Shown: piece by piece, positions 51,525 through 62,449 of the stretch
Layout of the letters: every line of letters starts with the position of its first letter
Numbering within the stretch: position 1 is the stretch's first letter
Assembly: GCA_963796875.1 (NCBI GenBank)
Contig: CAWCNL010000004.1
Span: 43,616 to 107,615 of the forward strand
DNA: 64,000 bases
Direction: 5' to 3'
DNA from: an uncultured Actinomycetes bacterium
Lineage (GTDB): Bacteria > Actinomycetota > Thermoleophilia > Gaiellales > JAICJC01
Program-made: the position numbers and the translations under genes
The notes under the pieces: generated by a model
Told to the model about the DNA's origin: nothing
The model's input: the letters and a program-made list of their open reading frames with translations, nothing else
The model's database searches: none

Positions 51525-52523
51525 TCAGAGCGTGCCGACACCCGGCGGGCGGCGCACCGCAGCCGAGAGCTCGCCGGCCAGCGATGCGCGGGCCCGGTCG
51601 TCCAGCTCGACGCCGTAGCCCTCGAGCGCCATCAGCGCTGCACCGAACACCGGCGGTGGCTCGAGCCGCACCAGCCGTGCACCGGGCGCGACGGCGTGCA
51701 GCGGTGCAGCCAACGCCCCCTCCAGCCGCCGGGAGTCGCCGCGGAAGAGTCCGCCGGAGAGCACAACATCGAAGCTCTCGGCCGACATGTTCAGGCGGCG
51801 GGCGATCAGGGCGGCGGTCTCGCCGAGGTTCGACCCGGCCCAGTCCACGATGCCGATGGCGACCTCGTCGCCGGCCTCGGCGGCGCGCAGCACCGTCGGC
51901 GCGGCAGTGCGCGGCGGCTCGATGCCGCGGCTGTACTGCTCGAGCAGCTCGGCCGCCGACCGGCATCCCGCCAGGCTGCACAGGAGTTCTGTCAGCGCGG
52001 TCTGCGGGCCGCGGCCCAGGTAGGCGTTGGAAACGGCGGTCACGGCGGCATCGGACACGTCCGTGGCGCTGCCCACGTCGCCCAGGGTCATGCCCTGGCC
52101 GAGCGTGCGAAACGTCTCGCCGGCCCGGTTGATCCCGGCCGCCACGGCGCCGGTGCCGGCCACCAGCACGATGCCGTGACGGTCGCGGGTGCCGGCGCGC
52201 AGAGCGACGATCGAGTCATTCACCAGCACGTGGTCGCACCCCAGGCCAGCTGGTCGATCACTCCCTCGACCCGCGGCTCATCCGACGGCCAGTCGACGCC
52301 CGCCAGCCCGAATGCGGCCGATTTCAGGTCGCGCAGCGTCTTCCTGACCGGCCCCAGGCGCCTTTTCGGCGGCATCGCGAAGCGAGTCGGCGGCGCCGCG
52401 CAGCCCCACGGTCTCCCAGTTGGACGGCCCGCCGGTGGCAAAGCCGAGCAGCGCGCCGTCGTCGTCGACCACCGCCGCGTGGGTCTTGGAGCCCCCGCCG
52501 TCGACGCCCAGCACGATGCTCAT
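51525..52523 (-). CDS. BadF/BadG/BcrA/BcrD-type ATPase (N-acetylglucosamine-kinase-like sugar kinase); two apparent frameshifts (~52355, ~52235)
   Basis: MSIVLGVDGGGSKTHAAV (phosphate-1), LVAGTGAVAAG and SGGLF motifs. Confidence 0.75.
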
Positions 52524-53481
52524 CCGCGGCCACCCGCGTCGGCGATAGGCCGCGTCGACCACCTGCATCACCACGCGGCCGTCCTCGCCCGACGGCAGCG
52601 GCTGGCGGCCCTCGGTGATGGCGTCCACGAACTCGGCGACCTGGGCGGAGTACATCGATTGCGGGCAGTGGTCGTAGTCGTCGCTGGGCGGTTCGGTGTA
52701 AGGCAAACACGCGCGCGTATCCCCCGGTTGCATAGATCTCGGTGTCGGCTTCGAGCCCCGCGGCGTGCGGCTGCTGCCAGCCGCACTCGACCAGCGAGTT
52801 GGTGCCGTTGTCCCAGCGGATCAGCAGAATGCCGTCGTCGTCCACGCGCTCCTCGGTGTAGCGGGTGCCCACCACCGCGTCCACCCGTTCGGGGAGCGGT
52901 CCGCCCAGCAGGAACCGGGCGGTATCGATGGCGTGTACTCCCATATCGGCAAGCGCGCCCCCGCCCGCAAGCTCGGGCTGAACGAACCAGCCCTGCGGCA
53001 TCCAGTGCGCGTGCACGCCGTAGCCCCGCGTCTTCACCACGGTGCCGAGCTCACCCGCGGCGATCCGGTCGCGCAGGGCCAGCACGTCGGGATGGAAACG
53101 CCAGCAGTGCGCCACCATCAGGCTCGCGCCCGAGGCGCGCGAGGCCGCAATCATCGCGTCGCACTCGGCGGCGTTCATGGCCATCGGCTTCTCGACCAGC
53201 ACGTGCTTTCCGGCATCCAGGAATGCGATCGCCTGCTCGGCGTGCAGCACGTTGGGCGTGGCGATGATCACCGCGTCGAGCCCCTCGTCGGCCACCAGCT
53301 CATGCCAGTCGGTGGTCACCCGCGGCACGGAATGCCGCTCGGCGAACGCGTTCAGCGAGTCGGATCGCCAGTTGGCGGCCGCAACGAAGCGACGCCCCCG
53401 GATGCGCGAGCACTCCGCGGGCGTGGTAATCGGCGATGAATCCCGCGCCCAACAGCGCGACGCCCAGCGGTCACCTGCCAT
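52520..53481 (-). CDS. Gfo/Idh/MocA-family oxidoreductase; three or more apparent frameshifts (~53465, ~53395, ~52740, possibly near the stop)
   Basis: LLGAGFIADYHA (Rossmann) in one frame, DAVIIATPNVLHAEQAIAFLDAGKHVLVEKPMA in the main frame, C-terminal piece in a third. An ATGA-type stop with the kinase is available only in an alternative frame. Confidence 0.75.
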
Positions 53482-53494
53482 ACGGCGCGAGAGC

Positions 53495-54385
53495 CTACCC
53501 CTTCACGCCGGACAGCGTCACACCCTCGATGAACACCCGCTGCGCAAAGAAGAAGATCACCACGACAGGCAGCATGAACAGGAGCGCCGCCGCCATGGTC
53601 AGGTTCCAGTTGACGTGGTGGATCCCGCGAAACGACGAGAGCGCGATCGAGAGCGTCTGGGCCTGCTGGTTGGAGGTCAGGTACACCAGCGGCCCGTAGA
53701 AGTCGTTCCAGGCGTAGATGAAGTTGAAGAGCGCCACCGCGGCGATCGCGGGCTTTGGCCAGCGGCACGACCACCCGCAGCAGGATCTGCCACTCGCCGG
53801 CGCCGTCCACCCGCATCGCGTCGGTCATCTCCTTGGGGATCGTCAGGAAGAACTGCCGCAACAGGAAGATCGAGAACGCGTCGCCGAAGAAGCTCGGAAT
53901 GATCAGCGGCTTGAGCGTGCCGATGAACTGGATGCCGGTCCAGTCGTGGAACTGCTTGGCCCACAGGATGTAGAGCGGCACCGACGTGACCTGGGTGGGC
54001 AGCATCAGCGTGGCGAGCACAAGCAGGAACACCACGTTTCGGCCCCTCCACTGCAGCCGCGCGAAGGCGTAGGCCACCGGCACGCATGAGACGACCACGC
54101 CCACGGTGGAGAGCGAGGCGTAGAGGAACGTGTTCCAGGTGTAGCGCACCACGTCCAGCTGGTGGAACACGGTGACGAAGTTGTGCCACACGAACGGGTG
54201 CGGAATCAGATCCGCGCCGAGAGCGCCTGCTGATCGGTCATCACCGCGGTCAGGAGCATGAAGATCACCGGGATCGCAAAGGCCAGCGCCACGGCGATCA
54301 GCAGCGCATGGTTGGCGATCTGCCACAGGATCCTGCGGCGGCGCACGTGAGCCGGCGCGCGGCGCGGTTCGGCGGTGGTGCTCAC
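53495..54385 (-). CDS. carbohydrate ABC transporter permease (MalG-like); two apparent frameshifts (~54215, ~53745)
   Basis: The EAA-loop region MTDAMRVDGAGEWQILLRVVVPLAK and the TM segments are split over three frames. Confidence 0.8.
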
Positions 54386-55380
54386 GAGAGGCCTCCGCCG
54401 TAGTGCACCCACTTGCGCGACGACCACAGGAGGATCGCGGTGCAGATCATCGTGACCACGAACAGCACCCAGGCGAGCGCCGAGGCATAGCCCATGTGGA
54501 AGTACACGAACGCCTGCTGGTAGAGCCACACGCCGTAGAACATCAGCGAGCCCTGCGGATCGCCCACCGATGGCCGCTGGCCGGGTGGACGCGATATACG
54601 CCTCGTCGAAGTACTGGAAGCTGTTGATCATCCCGATCACCAGCGTGAACAGGACCACCGGCGTGATCATCGGCAGCGTGACGTGGCGGAATCGCTGCCA
54701 GGCGTTGGCGCCCTCAACCGTGATCGCCTCGTACAGCTCGCGGGGCACGTTCAGGAGCCCTGCCAGGTAGAGCACGATGGCGTCGCCCGCGCCCCAGAGG
54801 CCCGAGGATCACCAGCGCCGGCTTCGACCAGCTGCGGGTCGAGGAACCACAGCGGCGCGGTGATGCCGGGGATCTGCTCGAGGAAGTTGTTGATCGGGCC
54901 GGTGGCGGGGTTGAACAGGTAGACGAAAACGAGCGTCGCGCCCACCGCGGGCGCCATCGAGGGCATGTAGAAGAGCGTGCGGTAGGCGTTCACCCCACGC
55001 CGGGGGCGGGTCAGGAGCATCGCCGTGGCCAGCGCGAACAGGGTGCGCACGCTGAGGCCCGACGACGGTCATCCAGATGGTGTTGCTGGATCGCCTGCCC
55101 GATCACCGGGTCGCCCTGGTCGGGGCGGCCGTCGATCGTCGCCTTACCGAACATGAACTTGTAGTTGTCGAGGCCGATCCACGTGCGGCGAGCTGGCCAG
55201 GTCGTAATGCGTGAACGAGTAGTACAGGCTGATGATCATCGGGCCGGCGGTGAAGGCGATGAACCCGACGATCCACGGCGAGAGCATCGCCGCCACCAGG
55301 CCGTAGCGGCGCAGGGTGGCCCGCCGCCGCGCACGCCGGCGTTCGACCGGCGTGCGCGTCGGGACGGGCGCGACTACAGG
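54382..55380 (-). CDS. carbohydrate ABC transporter permease (MalF-like); four or more apparent frameshifts; start approximate
   Basis: Pieces SPWIVGFIAFTAGPMIISLYYSF, NAYRTLFYMPSMAPAVGATLVFVYLFNP, ELYEAITVEGANAWQRFRHVTLPMITPV (EAA loop) and the C-terminal TM lie in different frames. Confidence 0.7.
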
Positions 55381-55385
55381 TTCGG

Positions 55386-56799
55386 CTACGGCGCCGATCC
55401 CGTCGACCCCTGAGCGAGCTGGTTGTCGATGTCGTTGTCGAGCTGTCACCAGCGCGTCATGCAGGCCGGAGATCGGGATCTTGCCCGCCTGCCAGTTCGA
55501 CTCGAAGCTGTTGACCAGGTTCGCGTACCCGCCGCCCTGCGGCTTCAGCGGCGGCGAGAACGACGAGGTCGGGTTGGCCCACACCTTCAGGAACGTGTTG
55601 AACTGCGGCGGCAGCTTGAGCAGCGGCGAGGTGGCCGATGCCTTGGTGGTCGGCACGTTGCCGAACGCCGTCGCGGCACGTCGCCAGGTACGTCGGGTCG
55701 GTGGCCAGGTACTTGACCAGCAGCCACGCCTCGGCGGGGTGCTTCGAGCCCTTGGGGATGCCGATCACGGTGCCACCCACGCGGCCCGAGCCGTACCGTT
55801 CCGCCGTCCGCGGCCGGGAACGGCACGGTGTCGTAGCGGCAGGTCCTTGGCCGTGCGGCGGATGAACGCCGTGCGCCACTCGCCGTCGAACGCCATCGCC
55901 AGCTTGCCGGTCTGGAACGCCTGTCCGGCGTTGAACTCCGTGGTTGGCGTAGGTCGGCGTCGAACTTGAGCGATGTTGTTGTAGCCGTACCAGTCGATCA
56001 GCTGCTTCTGCCACATCAGAGCCTTCGTCCAGGCCGGGTCGGTGGCCAGCTGCGCCTTGCCGTTGGAGTCAAACCACTCTCCGCCCCAGGCGCGGGCCAG
56101 ATCGGCCAGGCCCAGCTCGTTGAACTCGTTCATGGGCGAGAAACCGGCGACCTTGATCGATCCGTCGGAGTTTCGCACCGTGAGCTTCTTGGCGTCGGCC
56201 ATCAGCTCATCCATGGTCTTGGGCGGGCTGGTGATGCCGGCCTGCTGCAACATCGCGTTGTTGTAGTAGAGCCCGTAGGCGTCGGTCAGCGACGGCAGCA
56301 GGCACTGATTGCCGCCGTAGTTGGTGTAGGTCAACGCCGCCTTCGAGAACTGGTCGAGATCGAGATGTGGTCCTGCTTCATGTACGGGGTCGAGATTCTC
56401 CATCAGCCCGCTCGAGCAGTACTGGCCCGCATAGTCGGGGCCGAACGGCATCGCCACGTCGGGCGCGTTGCCACCGTTGATCGCGTTGATCAGGTTGGGA
56501 TCGAAGGTGTCGTCGTCGGTGTTCGGCTGCACCTCCGGCTTGATCGTGATCCACGGATACTTCTGGTGGAACCGGGCCAGCGCAGCGTTGAACGGCGCCG
56601 CCTCTTCGCCCGCGAACATGTGCCACAGGGTGAGAGTGACCGGCGTCTTGTCGACCGTCGAAGGCAACGGATTGGAGGAGTCGCCCGAGCTGGAGCTGGA
56701 GCTCGACCCGCAGCCGGTCGCGGCCAGCACGGCCACCGCCCCCACAACCGCCCCCAGCACCTGCCACCGAGCCCACCGGGGCTCTCCTGGCGTTGTCAT
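55386..56799 (-). CDS. extracellular sugar-binding lipoprotein of ABC importer; three or more apparent frameshifts
   Basis: Lipobox AVAVLAATGCGSSSSSS and an SBP family-1-like body (VTLTLWHMFAGEE..., FDPNLINAINGGNAPDV...). ATGA overlap with the ROK gene stop. Confidence 0.8.
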
Positions 56800-58032
56800 A
56801 CGACGATCTCCCTTCCGTCCGGATGAGGACTGCGATTGAACACCTGCTCTTGCGCCGCCTGCAAGGCGGTTGCCAACGCGCCGTGCACCACGGCGTCGTC
56901 CCCCAGGTTGGAGCCCACCAGGCGAGGCCGAAACGGCGAGAGCCGACCCAGCTCGCGGGCTGCAGCGTCGGCCAGCAGGTCGGCGCCGCCGGCGGCGATT
57001 CCGCCGCCCAAGATCACGAGTTCGGGGTCGAGGATCGGGGCCACCGCCGCGATCGCCAGCGCGATGCGGCCGGCCTCCAGTTCGACCACCCGGTTCGCCG
57101 TCGGGATCGCCGGCGCGGGCCGCGGCGAAGATCGACTTGACCGAGAGCGGCGCGGCCATGCCCAGCTCGCGGGCCAGCTTGATGATCGCGCTGGCCCCGG
57201 CCGCCTCCTCGAGCGCACCGCGGCGGCGATTGTGGGGATCGTACGGGATCGTCGCCCCCAACCGGGATGTAGGCGATCTCGCCGGCCGCCCCGTAGGCGC
57301 CGCGGTAGAGCGCGCCGTCGATCACGATGCCCAGGCCCGACGCCGGTACCGACCCACAGAAACACGAAGTTGGCCACGCCCTGGCCCGCCCCGCGCCAGC
57401 TCTCGCCGAGCGCCGCCAGGTTCACATCGTTCTCGAAGCTCGTCTCGATTCCGAGCCGGTCGCGGATGGCATCGGCAAACCCCGTGCGGCGCGATCCGGG
57501 CAGGTTCGGTGCCAGGTCGAGTGCTCCGCGGGCCGGGTCGAACACGCCCGAGATGCCCACCGTCGCATGCGTCATCTGCGAGCGCTCGATACCGGCGTCT
57601 GCCGCCAGCCCGGCCGCCAGCGCGCCGATCTGAAACGCGATTCGGCGCGAGTTCGCGGCGCGCTCCTGGCGGCGGGCGATCACGGCGCCGGTGATGTCGG
57701 CAAGCGCCGCCCGCACCCAGTTTCGGCCCACGTCGATCCCCACCACGAACCCGGCCCGCGGATTGAGCGCATAGAGCGTGGCTCCAGGCCCCTTGCGGCC
57801 CGAAGAGCGGCCGCGCTCCAGCACCAGACCGGCCTCACCCAGGCCCACCAGAGCCTGCGAGACGGTCGGTTTGGAGAGCCCGCTGCGGCTCGCCATCTGC
57901 GAGCGCGAGAGCGTGCCCGCATCGCGGATCAGCTCCAGGATGGTGCGCTCGTTGATCGCGCGCAAGAGCCTGAGGAGTGCCGGTGGCGAAGCTGCGGGTG
58001 GGTGGGGCGCCGATTCGGGAAGCGGACGACAT
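56796..58032 (-). CDS. ROK-family transcriptional regulator; two to three apparent frameshifts (~58010, ~57340, ~57130)
   Basis: wHTH INERTILELIRDAGTLSRSQMASRSGLSKPTVSQALVGL, ROK body GIDVGRNWVRAAL and FENDVNLAALGE, C-terminal ILGGGIA. Confidence 0.8.
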
Positions 58033-58038
58033 ATAGTT

Positions 58039-58051
58039 AGGAAACTTTCCT
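58039..58051. promoter_or_regulatory. palindrome AGGAAA-C-TTTCCT, candidate ROK operator in divergent promoter region
   Basis: Perfect 6-1-6 inverted repeat, 7 nt upstream of the ROK ATG and 18 nt upstream of the TAGGCT -10 of the aminotransferase gene. Confidence 0.4.
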
Positions 58052-58068
58052 GAAAGTACCGGTGAGGA

Positions 58069-58074
58069 TAGGCT
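58069..58074 (+). promoter_or_regulatory. -10 hexamer TAGGCT for aminotransferase gene (leadered, SD GGGGAG)
   Basis: TAGGCT lies 42 nt upstream of ATG 58117. GGGGAG at 58102-58107. Confidence 0.4.
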
Positions 58075-58116
58075 GTGCGCCGGACTGAAGTCAAGCGACC
58101 CGGGGAGAATCCAACG

Positions 58117-59357
58117 ATGACTGTGCTTGCGATCACCGGCGGCGCTCCGGTACGAACGGAGCCCTACCCCCGCTGGCCTCACCTGGACGAGGCCGATGTC
58201 GAGGCGGTCACCGCCACCCTGCACACCGGGTTGGTGGGCGGATGGCCCGAGCCGGGCGCGAATGCGGCGGCGTTTGCCGAGCGGTTCGCCGCCTACCAGG
58301 GCGCCTCCCACGGCGTCGTCGATGGCCAACGGCACCGTCACCATGGAGGTCGCACTCAAGGCGCTCGGCATCGGTTGGGGCGACGAGGTGATCGTGCCTG
58401 CGCTGACGTTCGCCGCCACCGCCTACGCGGCCATGGCGGCCGGCGCGCTGCCGGTGATCGTCGATGTCGACCCCGGGCACCTGACGCTCGATCCCGCCGC
58501 GGTCGAGGCGGCGATCACGCCGCGCACCCGCGCGATCATGCCCGTGCACCTGGCCCAGCAGATGGCCGACATGGACCGGTTGATGGCAGATCGCCGCCCG
58601 CCACGGCCTGCGCGTCGTCGAGGACTGCGCCCACGCCCACGGACAGCAGTGGAGCGGCCGGGGCGCGGGCTGCATCGGCGACTTCGGCTCGTTCTCGCAC
58701 CAGTCGAGCAAGATCCTCACCTCGGGCGAGGGTGGAACACTGCTGACCAGCGACGATCGGCTGGCGCGCCTCGCCCACTCGCTGATCGACTGCGGGCGGC
58801 CCAAGGACGCCGCCGAGAGCGAATACACCTTCGGCGCCAACTACCGGCTGGGCGAACTGCAGGCGGCGCTGCTCCTGCCCGCACTCGAGCGGTTCGAGGC
58901 CCAGCGGGCGCAACGCGAGGCGGCCGCCGCCGAGTTCGAACGGCTTGCGGTGGGCATCCCCGGGGTGAGTCTCTACAGTCGTGACCCACGCATCACCCGG
59001 TCGAGCTTCTACCGCTTCATCTTCCGCATCGACCCCGAGGCGTTCGGCGGCGCGGGCAACGAGCGGGTGGTGGAAGCACTCGAAGCCGAGGGCATCCCCG
59101 CCGAGATCCAGTATCCGCCGATGAGCCACTACGACCTGTTCCAGCCGTCGCTCTCGCGGATGCCGGTGGCGGTGCAGTACGCCGACCGGTTGGATCCCGC
59201 CAAGATGAGCTTCCCGGTGGCCGAACGCGCCGCGCTCCAGGAGACCGTCTATCTGGACGAGGCGATCTTTCGCGCCGGTACCCGCGGCGTGACCGACGCC
59301 GTCGAGGCGCTCGCCAAGGTCCAGAGCAACGCCGCGGAGCTCGCCGTTCACGTGTAG
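58117..59357 (+). CDS. DegT/DnrJ/EryC1/StrS-family PLP-dependent sugar aminotransferase; two apparent frameshifts (~58320, ~58590)
   Basis: NGTVTMEVALKALGIGWGDEVIVPALTFAAT, VVEDCAHAHG, SFSHQSSKILTSGEGG (PLP lysine region) and the C-terminal domain lie in three frames. Confidence 0.8.
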
Positions 59358-59362
59358 CCGGC

Positions 59363-59456
59363 GCATAAAAGGGGACTGTCCCCTTTTATGCATGCGCGAC
59401 GGTTCTAGATCTCATCACGGACTCGGATGCACAAAAGGTGGCTGACCCCTTTATGC
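59363..59456. repeat. A-type double-hairpin element (second locus) between convergent genes
   Basis: GCATAAAAGGGGACTGTCCCCTTTTATGC (59363-59391) and the degenerate GCACAAAAGGTGGCTGACCCCTTTATGC (59429-59456). The latter overlaps the stop of the ATPase gene. Confidence 0.8.
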
Positions 59457-60455
59457 GGTCTCGGGCTCTGGAGCCGGCTGCTCCATGAGCCAGCATGCGG
59501 CGAGGTGGCCCGGATCGTCTCGGACCGCCTCGAGAGCCTGCGGATCGTCCGTCCTGCAGCGGTCAAACGCGACCGGGCAGCGCGGGTGAAAGCGGCATCC
59601 CGGCGGCACCTGCGAGGCATCCGGGAGTTCGCCCGCAAGCACGGTGCGGCGGTCGTCGGTCCCGCGCGGCACCGGATTGGGCACCACCGAGAGCAGCGCC
59701 TTGGTGTACGGGTGCTGCGGATTTGCCAGCACCTGGTCGGTCGTGCCCTGCTCGATCACCCGGCCCAGGTACATGACCGCCACCCGGTCGCACAGCGCCC
59801 AGGCGAGGCCCACGTCGTGGGTGATGAAGATCAGCCCCAGGTGCCGCTCACGCTTGAGTTCCACCAGCAGCTGGATCACCTGGGCGCGAATCGACACATC
59901 GAGCGCCGACACCGGCTCGTCGCACACCAGCGCCTCGGGTTCGAGCGCAAGCGCGGCAGCAATCACGACGCGCTGCCGCTGGCCACCGGAGAGCTCGTGC
60001 GGATAGCGCTCCCAGAACCGCGTTGCGGGCCGCAGGCCGGCGCCCTCGAGCGCCGCCACCGCCAGGGCCGTGCGCTCGTCGCCGCGCTTGCCGATGCGGT
60101 GGATCGTGAGCCCCTCCTGCACCAGTTCACCGACCGTCATGCGCGGATTCAGCGACTGGTAGGGGTCCTGGAACACCATCTGCACGCGCTTTCGCAGCTG
60201 CCGCATGCCGCCGTCGCCCAGCCTCTTTCCCAGAAACTCGATGCTGCCCCCGGTCGGCTCCTGCAGACCCATCAGCGCCCGCCCGAGCGTCGACTTGCCG
60301 CAGCCCGACTCACCGACGATGCCCAGCACCTCGCCGCGGTTCCACTCCAGGTCGACGCCGTCCAGCGCCTTCACGACCCGCTTGGTGCCGCGGATCGGAA
60401 AGTGCACCTCAAGATCCGAGACCTGGAACAGCTTCTCGCCGGCCTGGACACTCAC
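59451..60455 (-). CDS. peptide/nickel ABC transporter ATP-binding protein (OppF/DppF-like)
   Basis: Walker A GESGCGKST, LSGGQRQR, ALVCDEPVSALD, C-terminal oligopeptide domain CRFHPRCP. GTGA overlap upstream. Confidence 0.92.
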   Translation of the reverse strand: MSVQAGEKLFQVSDLEVHFPIRGTKRVVKALDGVDLEWNRGEVLGIVGESGCGKSTLGRALMGLQEPTGGSIEFLGKRLGDGGMRQLRKRVQMVFQDPYQSLNPRMTVGELVQEGLTIHRIGKRGDERTALAVAALEGAGLRPATRFWERYPHELSGGQRQRVVIAAALALEPEALVCDEPVSALDVSIRAQVIQLLVELKRERHLGLIFITHDVGLAWALCDRVAVMYLGRVIEQGTTDQVLANPQHPYTKALLSVVPNPVPRGTDDRRTVLAGELPDASQVPPGCRFHPRCPVAFDRCRTDDPQALEAVRDDPGHLAACWLMEQPAPEPETA

Positions 60456-61504
60456 TCCGGGGCCCCGCTTTCCCAGGGCGCGTAGAGGCACCGCGCGAAC
60501 CGGCCGTCGCCCACGTCGCGCATGTCCACGGCGTCCACCTGGCTGCACTCGTCGGTCGCGACATGGCAGCGCGGCGCAAACCGGCAGCCCGGTGGGATCG
60601 CGGCCGGGTCGGGCGGCACGCCGGGGATGGCCGGCGCGAGATCCCGGCTTCCGCCCACCACGGGAAACGCGCCCAGCAGCCGCCGCGTGTAGGGGTGCTG
60701 CGGGCGCGCATACACATCGGCGAGCCTTCCGGTCTCGGCGATCTGGCCGCCGTACATGATCGCGACGTTGTCGCAGGTCTCGGCGAGCACCGACAGGTCG
60801 TGGGTGATCAGGATCATCGAGAGCCCGAAATCGCGCCGCAGCTGCTCGAGCAGGTCGAGGATCTGCGCCTGCATCATCACGTCGAGCGCCGTCGTGGGCT
60901 CATCGCCGATGATCAGCTCGGGGTTACAGGCCAGCGCCAGGGCGATCATCACGCGCTGCCGCATGCCGCCCGAGAACTCGTGCGGGTACTGCTTGATGCG
61001 CCCCGGGCTGATGCCCACGTAGCTGAAGAGCTCGCGGATGCGGCTGTCGACGTCGGCCTGGCTCACACCCGGCTCGTGCAGGCGGATGGCCGTGCCGATC
61101 TGGTCGTTCACCCGTTGCACGGGATCAAGCGCGTTCATCGCGCCCTGGAACACGATCGAGACGGTGTTCCAGCGCAGATCGCGCAGGCCGCGCTCGGTGC
61201 GGCGATGCACGTGCATCATCCCGCGGGTCGAGTTGATGTCGATCGTGCCCTCGGCGCGGTACAGGTTCTTCGGAAGAAGCCCGAGGATCGAGAGCGCCGT
61301 GGTGGTCTTGCCGCAGCCCGACTCGCCCGCCAGGCCCAGCGCCTCGCCGCGGCGCAGCTGGAAGGTGACGCCGTCGATCAGCCGCACCTCCTGGCCCGCC
61401 TTGTCCTTGTAGGCGACCGCCAGATCCTTCACGTCCAGCAGCACCTCGCCCATGCGCTCCTGGGGCTCGGGCTCGAGAGGGCCGACCGGCTCGGTGGCGG
61501 CCAC
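60452..61504 (-). CDS. peptide/nickel ABC transporter ATP-binding protein (OppD/DppD-like)
   Basis: Walker A GESGCGKTT, FSGGMRQR, LIIGDEPTTALD, CRFAPRC. Confidence 0.92.
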   Translation of the reverse strand: MAATEPVGPLEPEPQERMGEVLLDVKDLAVAYKDKAGQEVRLIDGVTFQLRRGEALGLAGESGCGKTTTALSILGLLPKNLYRAEGTIDINSTRGMMHVHRRTERGLRDLRWNTVSIVFQGAMNALDPVQRVNDQIGTAIRLHEPGVSQADVDSRIRELFSYVGISPGRIKQYPHEFSGGMRQRVMIALALACNPELIIGDEPTTALDVMMQAQILDLLEQLRRDFGLSMILITHDLSVLAETCDNVAIMYGGQIAETGRLADVYARPQHPYTRRLLGAFPVVGGSRDLAPAIPGVPPDPAAIPPGCRFAPRCHVATDECSQVDAVDMRDVGDGRFARCLYAPWESGAPE

Positions 61505-62449
61505 CTAGCTGCGCTCCCTCAGCTGCGGGTTGACGATCTCCTCGATGGCATAGCCCACGAGAGTGAAACCCATCACCAGCAGGCAGATGCAGATGCCCGG
61601 CGGGATGAAGTACCACCAGTCGCCCGAGCTGACCGCCCCCGCCTGGTTGGCCGAGTCGAGCAGCGTGCCCCACGACGGGTTGGTCAGGTCGCCCAGGCCG
61701 AGGAACGACAGGGTGGACTCCGAGAGGATCGCCAGGGCCACGATCAGCACGGTGTTGGCAAAGATCAGCGGCAGCACGTTGGGCAGGATCTGTTTGCGCA
61801 GGATCCACCACTCCGAGGCCCCGAGCGCCTTGGAGCGCTCCACGAACTGGCGCTCCTTGACCGACAGCACCTGGCTTCTGATGATCCGCGAGGTGCCCGC
61901 CCAGCCGGTCACGCCGATCACCAGGATGATGATCGAGGTCTTGTTGCCGTCGTTCTTCGAGAGGATGGCCACCAGCACGATCGCCAGCGGCAGGAACGGG
62001 ATCACCAGGAACCAGTCGTCGATCGCCGTCAGGATGTTGTCGAGCCAGCCGCCCCAGTAGCCGGCGGCGATGCCGCAGGCGCCGCCGATGATGACCGAGA
62101 CCACCGCGGCGGCCACGCCCACGATCAGCGACTCGCGGGTGCCCAGGATCAGCAGCGACAGCATGTCGCGGCCGTTCTCGTCGGTGCCCAGCCAGTGCGC
62201 CGAACTCGGCGCGGCCAGGATCGCGGACGAGTACGAGCTGGTCAGCGACGGATTCTCCGGGGCGATCCACGGGCCGAAGATCGCGACCAGCGTGAAGAAC
62301 ACGAGAATGATCATGCCGATCAGACCCGCATGGCTGTGGCGCAGCAGCTTGAACCAGTACTTGGTGCCGCGCCAGAACCGGCCGGCCGTGCCCGGGGTCG
62401 ACGGAAGCGCGCCTGGTTCGATCGGCTGGGGAGCGGTCTCGACGGCCAT
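61505..62449 (-). CDS. peptide ABC transporter permease (OppC/DppC-like)
   Basis: N-terminal OppC_N-like region (HWLGTDENGRD) and BPD_transp_1 core. ATGA overlap with the upstream permease. Confidence 0.9.
   Translation of the reverse strand: MAVETAPQPIEPGALPSTPGTAGRFWRGTKYWFKLLRHSHAGLIGMIILVFFTLVAIFGPWIAPENPSLTSSYSSAILAAPSSAHWLGTDENGRDMLSLLILGTRESLIVGVAAAVVSVIIGGACGIAAGYWGGWLDNILTAIDDWFLVIPFLPLAIVLVAILSKNDGNKTSIIILVIGVTGWAGTSRIIRSQVLSVKERQFVERSKALGASEWWILRKQILPNVLPLIFANTVLIVALAILSESTLSFLGLGDLTNPSWGTLLDSANQAGAVSSGDWWYFIPPGICICLLVMGFTLVGYAIEEIVNPQLRERS

Noticed and set aside
52500-52530. In-frame read-through suggesting a Gfo/Idh/MocA-kinase fusion protein.
   Set aside because: An ATGA start/stop overlap typical of this genome exists in the adjacent frame (...GRG-TGA over ATG 52523). 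One more indel near the oxidoreductase 3' end is a simpler explanation than a fusion.
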